This document shows positions 35,397-44,776 of a DNA stretch of 64,000 bases, one piece after another. This stretch comes from Halioxenophilus sp. WMMB6. Lineage in GTDB: Bacteria > Pseudomonadota > Gammaproteobacteria > Pseudomonadales > Cellvibrionaceae. Positions within the stretch are counted from its first letter, which is position 1. Every line of letters starts with the position of its first letter. The notes beneath the pieces are model-generated. The model saw only the letters and a program-made list of their open reading frames with translations, was not told the origin of the DNA and did not search any database. Location: NCBI RefSeq assembly GCF_033283405.1, contig NZ_JAWMQR010000007.1:148807-212806 (forward strand), given 5' to 3'. The position numbers and the translations under genes are program-made.

Positions 35397-37541
35397 TCAG
35401 AACTGCACCTGCACGGTGAAATCCAGTGAGCGGCCAATACCGGGCAGGCTGGTAAAGGGTTGATTGTGGTCTCCCCCAATCCAACCGGCCAGGTAAACAC
35501 CACCCAAGGGTTGTTCATAACGCTCATTGAACAGATTATTAACCGCGGCGCTCACCGTTAGTTGGCGCCACTGCCGTTGGCTCTGCAGGTGCACCAGGGT
35601 GTAGCTGTCGCTGGTGGGCTCCAGGCGCAACTCATCCACCCGCTGCTTGTCGTCGACCCATTCCATGGTCAGGCGGTTGCGCCAGCCGGCACTGGCGTAC
35701 TCTAATGCGACGCTGATATTGAGCGGCATGATGTGGTAGAGGTCGCTGCCATCGTCCCGGCGTTCGGCCCGGGTGTAGGCCAGGTGCGTGGCCAGGGTTA
35801 ATACCCCCTCGCCCGAACTAAACAGTTGCCTCTGACCATCAATCTCAATGCCGTAGAGGGTTGCGTCCAGGTTGGTGAATTGCAGCTCCGGGCGGGTGAC
35901 CGCCGGTGATTGGCGCGGGTGAAAGCTGCCCACCACCTCGGCATCGATAAAATCATCTACCCGGGTGTAGTAGGGGGCCAGGCTGAGCTTATTGTTGTCG
36001 TCGCTTTGCCATTGATAGGTGGCGGCCAGGCTGTGGGCCACCTCTGGGTTGAGGTCGATATCGCCAATGTAGCCGTTGCCATCGCCGTACCAGCCGATCA
36101 TGGCGCTGGCCATGGGGCTGCGCCCCCAGCTGTAACGCTCGTACAGGTTGGGTGAACGGGTTTTGCGGCCGTAACCGAGCTCCAGGCTCTGCTGGCTGTC
36201 GATGGCGTAGCCAACCAGGGCGGTGAGGTCGAAGTTGTCGTCCCGGCGGTTGCGGTGGCTGCTGTTAAAGGCCAGCGCGGCTGCGGCATCGGGGTTGCTG
36301 GGCATGATGTTGTAGGGCTGCACCGGGTCTGTGGTCATCGCCACCCGTTCGTAGCGCACTCCCAGTTGCGAGCGCCACTGTTCGCTCAGGCGGTTATCGC
36401 TCTCGGCATAGAGGGCGTAGCGGGTGCGTTCGCCGTTGTTGATGTTCACATAGGTATTGGGGCCCATCATCATGGAGCCCGGCACCGCCGGCCACCAGTC
36501 ATCGAGGGTGAATTGGTGCAGTTCGTGGCCCAGGCGCAGCTGGTTGCCCGCACCATAGGGCAGGGTGGCGGCAATGGTGTAACCCAGGTCGCGTCCCTCG
36601 GTGAACATGGGCATGGTGCCCGGCTTCTCCTCGCTGAAGAAGCCCATGGCGTGCTCCACATCTTGCCAGCTGACGCGGCTATCGAGCAGCCCCCAGTCGA
36701 ATTGACGCTGATAGTTGAGGTTGGCGCCGGTAGTGCGGTTGTCGACCATATCCATGTACTGGTTGGGGAAACCCTGGTAGGGGATCTGCTGGTGGTTGAG
36801 TTTGAGCGTCAGCGATTCCACCTCGCTTCGCCAACCCAGAGTGAGCCCGTGGTTTTCGCTTTTATAGAGGGTATCTTGCACCTTGTCGCCGCTGCTGTCG
36901 CGGTAACTGTCGGCCTCGCTGGTGCTGCCGCTGTAGGCCAGGCTAAGCCGGTCGTTGGCCACCCCGGCCCGCAGCGTCAGCCCCTGTTGGTGGCTATTGT
37001 TGCTGTAGTTGAAGGCCAGCGCCAGGTTGGTCTGCAGTGACTCGCCGGCCCGGGCGAACTGGGGTGGTTCAGAGTTGATAACAATGGTGCCGCCAATGCT
37101 ATCGCCGCCGCTGCTGACCGGGGTAATGCCGGCCATTACCTCCACGCTGTGTACCCGGCTGGCATCGACGTAGGAGAGTGGCGGGTTCATATGGTTGGCG
37201 CAGGCGGAGGTGGTCTCGGCACCATCGACCAGCAGCTTGATGCGGTCGTCGTTCAGGCCGCGCACAATTGGCAGGCTGGCCACCCCACCGCCACCGGCAA
37301 AATCGACCTTTTGTAAGCCCGGCAGGTTGGCGGCATTGCCGCTGCCCTGTAGCTGTGATTGTGCGTGGGCAGTAACCTCCACCTGTTCAAGCAGTGGCTC
37401 GGCTGTGGGGTTGGCTGTGGTTGCCGTTTGGGCGGTGGCCAGGCTGCTGGTGATTAACAGTGGCAGGGTACGCAGAGTGAAGCCGGTGGTTCTGCTCTTG
37501 GCCCCTATCGGCATTGCAAGCTGAGTCGGTTTGGCCACCAT
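35397..37541 (-). CDS. TonB-dependent outer-membrane receptor
   Basis: GGGGGA RBS before ATG 37541. Signal peptide. Plug domain and a C-terminal beta-barrel ending with terminal F (…TVQVQF). Confidence 0.85.
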   Translation of the reverse strand: MVAKPTQLAMPIGAKSRTTGFTLRTLPLLITSSLATAQTATTANPTAEPLLEQVEVTAHAQSQLQGSGNAANLPGLQKVDFAGGGGVASLPIVRGLNDDRIKLLVDGAETTSACANHMNPPLSYVDASRVHSVEVMAGITPVSSGGDSIGGTIVINSEPPQFARAGESLQTNLALAFNYSNNSHQQGLTLRAGVANDRLSLAYSGSTSEADSYRDSSGDKVQDTLYKSENHGLTLGWRSEVESLTLKLNHQQIPYQGFPNQYMDMVDNRTTGANLNYQRQFDWGLLDSRVSWQDVEHAMGFFSEEKPGTMPMFTEGRDLGYTIAATLPYGAGNQLRLGHELHQFTLDDWWPAVPGSMMMGPNTYVNINNGERTRYALYAESDNRLSEQWRSQLGVRYERVAMTTDPVQPYNIMPSNPDAAAALAFNSSHRNRRDDNFDLTALVGYAIDSQQSLELGYGRKTRSPNLYERYSWGRSPMASAMIGWYGDGNGYIGDIDLNPEVAHSLAATYQWQSDDNNKLSLAPYYTRVDDFIDAEVVGSFHPRQSPAVTRPELQFTNLDATLYGIEIDGQRQLFSSGEGVLTLATHLAYTRAERRDDGSDLYHIMPLNISVALEYASAGWRNRLTMEWVDDKQRVDELRLEPTSDSYTLVHLQSQRQWRQLTVSAAVNNLFNERYEQPLGGVYLAGWIGGDHNQPFTSLPGIGRSLDFTVQVQF

Positions 37542-38104
37542 GTTTCCCCCTTGGTAGAGCGCGATAAAAACGGAGATCGAGATTAAATCGGAGGGAGTAT
37601 AAAGGCGGGGCTGGTGCCGCCGAGCGTGACATAATGTCGCACACCCGTGGTCGACGGCCTGTGGCCTGCATCTGGGGTGGCTGAAAAGCGGTAAATTCGG
37701 CGCTGGCGAGATGATCAAGCGCGAACAGTGGCTAGCCGCGGCTATTTAGCCTTTGCCACGAAATTGTTCGTAGCAGGCCCTTGCAGGCCGGCGGCACAAT
37801 ACTAAAGTCCAATTGCCTCGCGTTGTCGTATCCAGTTCACTCGTGGCTGGCTCGCTGGGGCCTTCTACCCACCTGGCGAGTTGCTTGGCGCTACGACTTA
37901 ACTATTCAGTCAAAACCTGCCCGGTTGTTACCGCCGCCCTCCAATAAAAAAATCATAGAGCAAAACTTATTCTTCGTATCTGCAGACCTATTGCCGGGTG
38001 ATGCTGTGCTTGGAATTTATTTTTTTATGCCTGCCCTCAGGCGTATTACTTAATTATTTAAAACGGGTGTTTTACTCAAAACTAACACGGTGTTTGGAGT
38101 ACCC

Positions 38105-39646
38105 ATGACCAATAGCACAAGAATACTCTGCCCGCAGTTGCGGGCTAAATTGATGAGCGCCGATGCCGCCGCTGAGTTGATTCCCGCAGGTGCCACACTG
38201 GGAATGAGCGGCTTTACCGGTGCCGGCTACCCGAAAGCGGTGCCACAGGCACTGGCCAAGCGGATACGCAGCGCCCAGGCCAAGGGCGAGGAGTTCAAGG
38301 TGAATTTATGGACCGGCGCCTCCACCGCACCGGAGCTGGATGGCACCTTGGCCGAGGTGGGTGGCATTGGCAGCCGCCTGCCATTTCAATCCGATCCGCT
38401 CTGCCGCCAGCAAATTAACGAAGGCAAGATCGACTATCTGGATCTGCATCTGTCGGAGGTGTCGCAGTACGCCTGGTCCGGATTTTTGGGGCAATTGGAT
38501 ATCGCGGTGATTGAGGTGACCGCTATTACCGAGGATGGCCGCCTGGTGCCGTCGTCATCGGTGGGTAATAACAAAACCTGGATGGAGCAGGCGCAGCAGA
38601 TTATTTTGGAGGTCAACTCGCAGCAACCCATGCAGTTGCAGGGGATGCACGATATTTACTACGGCACGGCCCTGCCGCCCGAGCGCAAGCCGATCAATAT
38701 GACTCAGGCGGATGATCGCATTGGTGAGACACTCTACCGCTGTGATCTGGATAAGGTCATTGCCGTGGTGGAGACCTCAGCGCCGGACCGTAACAGCCGT
38801 TTTGCGCCCATCGACAGTACCTCGGAAAAAATTGCCGAACACATTCTGGAATTTTTTGCGCACGAAGTGAAACGTGGCCGTCTGCCTAAGACGCTGTTGC
38901 CCATCCAAAGTGGTGTTGGCAATATTCCCAATGCGGTGCTGGCTGGCCTGAATGCCGGCCCCTACAAAAATCTGACCGCCTTTACCGAGGTGATTCAGGA
39001 CGGCATGTTGGACATGTTGAAGTCGGGTACTCTGCGCGTTGCCTCGGCCACATCGTTCTCCTTAAGCCCTTCGGGTATTCAGGAGTTTAACGACAATATC
39101 GATTTTTATCGGGATAAAATTATTCTGCGGCAGCAGGATATCAGTAACCATCCGGAACTGGCCCGGCGCCTCGGTGTGATTGCCATGAATGGCCTGCTTG
39201 AGGCGGACATCTACGGCAATGTCAACTCCACCCATGTGATGGGTACGCGCATGATGAACGGCATTGGTGGTGCCGGCGATTTCGCCCGCAACGGTTATCT
39301 CTCCATTTTTATGACGCCATCCACCGCCAAGGGCGGCACCATCTCCGCCATTGTGCCGATGGTGTCGCATGTTGATCAAACCGAACATGACGTTAAGGTA
39401 ATTGTTACCGAACAGGGGTTGGCGGACTTGCGCGGCTTATCGCCCAAGCAGCGGGTGAAGTTGATCATTGAAAACTGTGCGCACCCCGATTACCGCGAAC
39501 AGTTGTGGGACTACTTTGATCGGGCCTGCGCCAGTGGCTCGGGCCTGCACACGCCACACATCCTCTCGGAGGCGCTCAGCTGGCATGCGCACTACGAGCA
39601 GCACGGCACTATGCATCGTCTGCGGGGTTTAAAATCCACGGCCTAA
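38105..39646 (+). CDS. acetyl-CoA hydrolase/transferase family protein (succinyl-CoA:acetate/propionate CoA-transferase-like)
   Basis: GGAG RBS before ATG 38105. Full-length similarity pattern to the Ach1/ScpC family (…GMSGFTGAGYPKAVP…, …GIGGAGDFARNGYLSIFMTPSTAKGG…). Confidence 0.85.
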   Translation: MTNSTRILCPQLRAKLMSADAAAELIPAGATLGMSGFTGAGYPKAVPQALAKRIRSAQAKGEEFKVNLWTGASTAPELDGTLAEVGGIGSRLPFQSDPLCRQQINEGKIDYLDLHLSEVSQYAWSGFLGQLDIAVIEVTAITEDGRLVPSSSVGNNKTWMEQAQQIILEVNSQQPMQLQGMHDIYYGTALPPERKPINMTQADDRIGETLYRCDLDKVIAVVETSAPDRNSRFAPIDSTSEKIAEHILEFFAHEVKRGRLPKTLLPIQSGVGNIPNAVLAGLNAGPYKNLTAFTEVIQDGMLDMLKSGTLRVASATSFSLSPSGIQEFNDNIDFYRDKIILRQQDISNHPELARRLGVIAMNGLLEADIYGNVNSTHVMGTRMMNGIGGAGDFARNGYLSIFMTPSTAKGGTISAIVPMVSHVDQTEHDVKVIVTEQGLADLRGLSPKQRVKLIIENCAHPDYREQLWDYFDRACASGSGLHTPHILSEALSWHAHYEQHGTMHRLRGLKSTA

Positions 39647-39654
39647 TGGGCGAG

Positions 39655-39681
39655 CCTGGGTGTTAACGCACCCAGTCATTT
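39655..39681 (+). terminator. rho-independent terminator (ctgggtg-ttaacg-cacccag + tcatttt)
   Basis: 7-bp stem followed by a U-rich tract, 9 nt after the CoA-transferase stop. Confidence 0.65.
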
Positions 39682-39731
39682 TGACAATCAAAAAAAGCCG
39701 CAAAGATTTGCATTGCCCAACGGCTGTTTAG

Positions 39732-40074
39732 CTAGCGGAGGTTGTGGCTAAAAATGAGAAAAACACGACGTTCGTCGCTAAAGTTGGGGTCGCTCGAGTT
39801 AAAATCGGCAAAGCGCAATAACAGCACACTTTTCCTACCCACTTTAAAACCCAAATCGATATCCAACTCTTCGCCCAGACTGGTAACTGGCGGCGTTTTC
39901 CCAGATTTGGACAAAGGCCTCTTGCAGCACATCATTACTGGCGTCGCTCGAGCCAAGAATGCGATAGGCGACTCCGTTAAGGTAGGCTGCGGTCTTTTGA
40001 TATAAGCGTTCCAACGCTTTTTGATCACGCAGGGTGCAGCGAGCCAGCAGATCCATCAGTTCATCGTTATCCAA
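39732..40074 (-). pseudogene. ECF (sigma-70 family) sigma factor, frameshifted/truncated
   Basis: The first 76 codons encode an intact region 2 (LYQKTAAYLNGVAYRILGSSDASNDVLQEAFVQIWENAASY), then stop. The remainder is in another frame with region-4-like fragments (VLLLRF, SDERRVFLI). No anti-sigma gene downstream. Confidence 0.4.
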
Positions 40075-40342
40075 GAGTGCTTCCTTATACTGCCTGTACG
40101 TTGTGCTTTAATAAAAAGTTGCAACGAAATTTGGTTGGCTATTCTACAAGCCGGTTGGATGATGCTAAAGGACTTTTGCCACCCTTATTGGTTCCCGGTT
40201 GTTATTGCTTGCTGGTTGGCTGTATCACTGGTGCAGCTGCAGAGGAGCGCGTTGATTATTTCGCAATTGCGTTTATGCTACTAAGCTTTCCAGCCTGGCG
40301 GGCAGCCGCAGGTGATGTTAAGCAAGGGATAGTCCAACAATA

Positions 40343-40981
40343 ATGAACAGTTCTCCAGCCAAGCGTTCACGGGGGCGGCCAAAACCGGAACAGACCGCCA
40401 ATATCGAGAAAGAGCTGTTGGATATCGCGCAGGCGGAATTTCTGGAATATGGTTATGGCGGGGCGTCACTGTCGCGTATGGTGCGTGTTGCCGGTATCTC
40501 CAAAACCACGCTCTATTCACGCTATGCCTCCAAAGAGGAGCTGCTCTATGCGATCATCGATCGCCAGATTGAGATGCTCTCGCCAGCCCAGTTAATCATG
40601 AATAAGTTTGGTCCTTTGGGCTTGGAGGAGGGGCTGCGCAGTTACGCCAACTATATGTTGTCGGTGAGTCTGCAGCGGGAGATGTTAGGCATCAATCGCT
40701 TAGTGTTGAGTGAATCCTATCGTTTTCCGGAACTGGGTGAGATTGCCGCAAAACGCACCCGGGCGGGCATTAAGCGAGTTGCCGATTTTATTCGCAGCTG
40801 TGCCGAGAGCGAGCAACGGTTGGTGGCCGACCCGCAGGCAATAGCACAGGTATTTATCTTCGCTCACCGTGGTTGGTACATTGATCAACTCACTTCTCAT
40901 CGCAAGGTGACCACCAGGCAACGACAAGCCTGGGTGGATAACTCAGTGCGAATCATTATGGCGGTATTGGCTTCCTCCTAA
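40343..40981 (+). CDS. TetR/AcrR-family transcriptional regulator
   Basis: N-terminal HTH RGRPKPEQTANIEKELLDIAQAEFLEYGYGGASLSRMVRVAGISKTTLYSRYASKEEL. Confidence 0.8.
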   Translation: MNSSPAKRSRGRPKPEQTANIEKELLDIAQAEFLEYGYGGASLSRMVRVAGISKTTLYSRYASKEELLYAIIDRQIEMLSPAQLIMNKFGPLGLEEGLRSYANYMLSVSLQREMLGINRLVLSESYRFPELGEIAAKRTRAGIKRVADFIRSCAESEQRLVADPQAIAQVFIFAHRGWYIDQLTSHRKVTTRQRQAWVDNSVRIIMAVLASS

Positions 40982-41139
40982 TTGCTGCGCCTCATGATGG
41001 TCGCAGCTACACCCTGCTCGAATCAGCTGTCCACTCTAGCCCTTCCTGCATATCACCGCACGGTGGCCTTAACGGCCAGCGTCTGGAGGTAGATGATTAG
41101 CAGATACTTTGCACCTCAAACTCTGAGCATGATCGCCCA

Positions 41140-42087
41140 ATGCACACCCGCTTGACACTTAAAAGTACTGGTCAGTATTATAAAGGCCATTTTTATACTC
41201 CATTAACTATATTCATAATAACGGCCGGCAAAATTAAACCAGTTTTGTCTAAGGGCCGTGTGGAGACTGCTGAAGTGTCTTTTACTGCGGTAAATCTTAA
41301 AGATCAGATCGGCGCTAAGGTGAGCGTTAGTGTTGATGACCTGCTTGCTCCTGCTACTGGACGAGAACTGCGTAATCTGTTGATTGAGCGTGGTGTTCTA
41401 TTGTTTGAACAGATCTATTTATCCGATGAACAACAGGTGCAGCTGGCGGGCAATATGGGCTCGGTGCGGGCGGAAGGCAAACAGGGTATTTATAAAATAT
41501 CGCTCGATAAAAACGTTAACGCGCGCGGTGACTACCTGAAGGGCTCCTTTCTCTGGCACATGGATGGCACCCACGACTCCACTCCGGTGTTTGCCTCACT
41601 GCTGACCGGTGTCACCTTATCGCCGGTTGGTGGCCAGACAGAATTTGCCAACTCCTATTGTGCCTACGCCAGTTTACCGGCCGAGATGCAGGCGCGTATC
41701 GCCCATTTAAAAGTGGTGCACAGCGTCGAGTGCTCCATGCGGCGGGCGGGTATTGAGCCGACACCGGAAAATTTGGCCTACTGGCGCAGTATTCCAGAGC
41801 GCAGCCACAGCCTGGTGTGGACCCACAAATCCGGGCGCAAGTCACTGGTGATCGGTTGTCATGCCTCGCACATTGAAGGCATGGATCGGGCCGAAGGCGA
41901 GGCGTTATTACAGGAGCTGTTAGCCTGGACCACCCAGCCCCAATTTGTTTACCGTCACCAGTGGCACACCGGGGATCTGCTGATTTGGGATAACACCGGT
42001 GTTCTGCATCGGGCCGAGCCCTATCCGCTCGATTGTGGGCGGGAGATGCACCGCACCACCCTGTTGGGGGAAGAGGCTTTCTCCTGA
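41140..42087 (+). CDS. TauD/TfdA-family Fe(II)/2-oxoglutarate-dependent dioxygenase (start uncertain)
   Basis: HxD...H facial triad context (WHMDGTHD...H), WDNTGVLHRAEPY C-terminal motif typical of the TauD family. Confidence 0.75.
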   Translation: MHTRLTLKSTGQYYKGHFYTPLTIFIITAGKIKPVLSKGRVETAEVSFTAVNLKDQIGAKVSVSVDDLLAPATGRELRNLLIERGVLLFEQIYLSDEQQVQLAGNMGSVRAEGKQGIYKISLDKNVNARGDYLKGSFLWHMDGTHDSTPVFASLLTGVTLSPVGGQTEFANSYCAYASLPAEMQARIAHLKVVHSVECSMRRAGIEPTPENLAYWRSIPERSHSLVWTHKSGRKSLVIGCHASHIEGMDRAEGEALLQELLAWTTQPQFVYRHQWHTGDLLIWDNTGVLHRAEPYPLDCGREMHRTTLLGEEAFS

Positions 42088-42262
42088 TAATTTCGCTGAT
42101 GTCTAACTCCTTGGACTAAACTGCGGCTAGACGAATGTCTTGTAAATTGACGCTTGACCAATAAAAAAATCGTGTCAGTATCATGTTCTCCTTGACTTGA
42201 CCGATGTCGGTTAACCAGCCAGTAGTGCAGTCCGATAACAATCATAAAAAAAGGGCGATGCT

Positions 42263-43969
42263 ATGATTCGTTCACTCCCGCAAAAATGGCACTTAGAGGC
42301 CGATGTTGTTGCCATTGGCTCCGGTGCTGGTGGTTTGTCTGCGGCTATTACCGCCCACAATCATGGTGCCACTGCTCTGGTGTTAGAGAGCTCCGAACTG
42401 GTCGGCGGTGTGACTGCGTTCTCCATGGGTGAGGTGTGGATTCCCGGCAACCATCTGGCGACAGAGCTTGGCATCGACGACTCCATCGACGCGGGCATGG
42501 AGTATATTAACAACCTTGCCATGGGTTTTAGTGAACAGCGCGCGGTGCTCAATCAGGCGCTGCACGCCCCGGTCGCCTTAAAATATTTTGAGCAGTGCAT
42601 CGATTTAAAGATGTGTGTGGTTCGCCACCTACCCGATTACTACTACCCGCACGTTAACGGCAGCACGGCCGAAGGCCGCTGTCTGGAGGCCTTGCCTTTC
42701 GCTGCTGCCAGCCTGGGTGAGTGGCAACACAAAACCCGCGTCTCTCCCCATGTGCCCTACAGCCTCACCCACGAAGATATCTTCAGCAACGGCGGTCTCG
42801 CCAACATGATGCATTGGGACTACACCGTTATGGGTGAGCGCATGGCCAACGACGAGCGTTGTGCCGGCCCGGGTCTGGCTGCTTATTTTGTTAAGGGCGC
42901 TCTGCAACGCGATATTCCTTTGCTAACCGGCACGCGCGCCGAAGAGTTGATCAGCGATGGCGAGCGCATTGTTGGCGTGCGGGCAGTGCGCGGCGATGAG
43001 GAGCTGTTTATCAAAGCCAGGCGCGGTGTGGTAATTGCGGTAAGCAGCTTTGAACGAAAGCCGACTCTTAGCCGCCGGGTAGGGTTAATGATTGAACCCA
43101 AATCCATGGTGATGGATACCGTTCAGGGTTGTCACCTGCGTATGGCCGGAGAGGCTGGAGCGCAGGTGGCGCGAGTGCCCGATGTTTCAATGCTGGGATT
43201 CCATGTTCCAGGAGAGGAACAGGAAGACGGTGTACCTTTGTGGCGCGGGGCGCTACCCTTTATGGGCCTGCCACATACCATTGTTGTTAATAAGAAAGGC
43301 GAGCGATTTTCTAACGAGGCGTTTTACCGGTCCGTCTATTTTGGTTTGGACGAAATCGACGGTATGACCCAAAGCTACAAGAATTTTCCCTGCTGGGTGA
43401 TTATCGATAGCCAATGCCGAGAGAAGTACCCGTTCGGTTCGGTTATGCCCGGTCAGGAGATGCCGGCGGAGCTGGCGGTTGCGGCCGACAGCCTGGCGGA
43501 GCTCGCGGAAAAAATCGGCATTAATAGCGAAGGCTTGCAGGCTACCGTAAACCGTTTTAATCAATTTTGTGAAACCGGTGATGACCTCGACTACCAGCGC
43601 GGTACTTATCCCTGGGGCGCGATTATGTGTGGCGACCCGAAACAGACGCCCAATCCCAATTTGGGCAGTTTGAGCAGAGGACCTTTCTACGCAATCGCAC
43701 TGCAACGCATGGCCGGTGGCGGTATCACCTCCAGTGGTATTTTAATTGATGAGCACTGCCGGGCCGTGGGCTGGAACGAACAACCGATTGATGGCCTCTA
43801 TGTGGTGGGCAACTCCGCTGCCCGCCTGGACAACGGCGCGCTGATGCAAAGTGGTATTACCAATGCCCGCGGTATCACCCACGGCTATCTGGCGGGCTGC
43901 CACATTGCCGGGAAAGGCAGTGATCTTTTGCAGAAGGCTCTGGCCGAGCGGGGAGAGCAGCAGGCATGA
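42263..43969 (+). CDS. FAD-dependent oxidoreductase (3-ketosteroid-delta1-dehydrogenase / fumarate-reductase flavoprotein-like)
   Basis: N-terminal dinucleotide fold DVVAIGSGAGGLSAAITA...E. C-terminal FAD-binding GLYVVGNSAA motif. Confidence 0.8.
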   Translation: MIRSLPQKWHLEADVVAIGSGAGGLSAAITAHNHGATALVLESSELVGGVTAFSMGEVWIPGNHLATELGIDDSIDAGMEYINNLAMGFSEQRAVLNQALHAPVALKYFEQCIDLKMCVVRHLPDYYYPHVNGSTAEGRCLEALPFAAASLGEWQHKTRVSPHVPYSLTHEDIFSNGGLANMMHWDYTVMGERMANDERCAGPGLAAYFVKGALQRDIPLLTGTRAEELISDGERIVGVRAVRGDEELFIKARRGVVIAVSSFERKPTLSRRVGLMIEPKSMVMDTVQGCHLRMAGEAGAQVARVPDVSMLGFHVPGEEQEDGVPLWRGALPFMGLPHTIVVNKKGERFSNEAFYRSVYFGLDEIDGMTQSYKNFPCWVIIDSQCREKYPFGSVMPGQEMPAELAVAADSLAELAEKIGINSEGLQATVNRFNQFCETGDDLDYQRGTYPWGAIMCGDPKQTPNPNLGSLSRGPFYAIALQRMAGGGITSSGILIDEHCRAVGWNEQPIDGLYVVGNSAARLDNGALMQSGITNARGITHGYLAGCHIAGKGSDLLQKALAERGEQQA

Positions 43970-44511
43970 TTGCAGCGGAACACAGCCTGGTTATCGATAC
44001 CGCCATCGATAATGTTTGGCACTATGTAAAAGATATTCGCCAGTGGGCCAGCCTCTTTCCGGGGTGTCGTGAGTGCGAGGTGATCGACGACAATAACTCC
44101 AAATGGATTATTAAGGTCGGTGCCGGTGGTCTGGTGAAAACCGTGAATGTACTGGTGACCGTGGAGCAGTGGCGTGGGCCGGAAGCCGTGCTCTTCTCCT
44201 ATCAGCTGGAGTCTGAGCCGGTGGTGGGAGGCGGTGTTTATCGTGCGGTTGCTATTGATAAAAATAGCACGGAGATCACACTGCAAATTAAGGTGGAAGG
44301 CAGTGGCCAGATGGCACCCATGTGGGAGGCAATGAGCAAACCGCTGTTACCACAAATGGCAAAATCTTTCGCCGGGAAACTGAAAAATAGTATTGAAGAG
44401 ATCTATGGGCAAAAAACCGCAATGTCGCCCGGCCCTGGCTGGCTGGCGGCTTTACGCCAGCGCTTAAAAAGCTTTTGGTTGCGTCTTGTTGGCCAAAAAA
44501 TAAAACAATAA
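43966..44511 (+). CDS. SRPBCC (polyketide cyclase/CoxG-like) family protein
   Basis: Start overlaps the upstream stop (ATGA). About 150-aa Bet v1-like core (VIDTAIDNVWHYVKDIRQWASLFPGC...). Confidence 0.7.
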   Translation: MIAAEHSLVIDTAIDNVWHYVKDIRQWASLFPGCRECEVIDDNNSKWIIKVGAGGLVKTVNVLVTVEQWRGPEAVLFSYQLESEPVVGGGVYRAVAIDKNSTEITLQIKVEGSGQMAPMWEAMSKPLLPQMAKSFAGKLKNSIEEIYGQKTAMSPGPGWLAALRQRLKSFWLRLVGQKIKQ

Positions 44512-44776
44512 AAATAAGGTTAGTCCGGTAGTCAAATGCCAGGAGAGGCTGCCAGCCTCTTTCTGCTCCAAGTTGTTTTCAGTGTTAAGTAACTATTGGC
44601 TATTTGCCGCCAGTTGTTGCCTACGCTGTCGGCAAAAAAGTAAAAACAATAACACCACATGGATGGGAAATTTCTTGTTGTGCTTTCATGCAAAGCTATT
44701 GTGCTGTGGTGGCTAGGTTCTGCCGCATGCGCCGCATGCTTTACTCATATAAAAAACGATAATAAAGGTGATACAC

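Noticed and set aside
37542-37800. Cobalamin riboswitch upstream of the TonB-dependent receptor 35397..37541 (a GCCACTG B12-box-like motif is present on the minus strand).
   Set aside because: The B12-box-like motif lies at the 5' end of the leader and the GGUGCC-like motif at the 3' end, the reverse of the riboswitch order. No other conserved riboswitch elements were seen.
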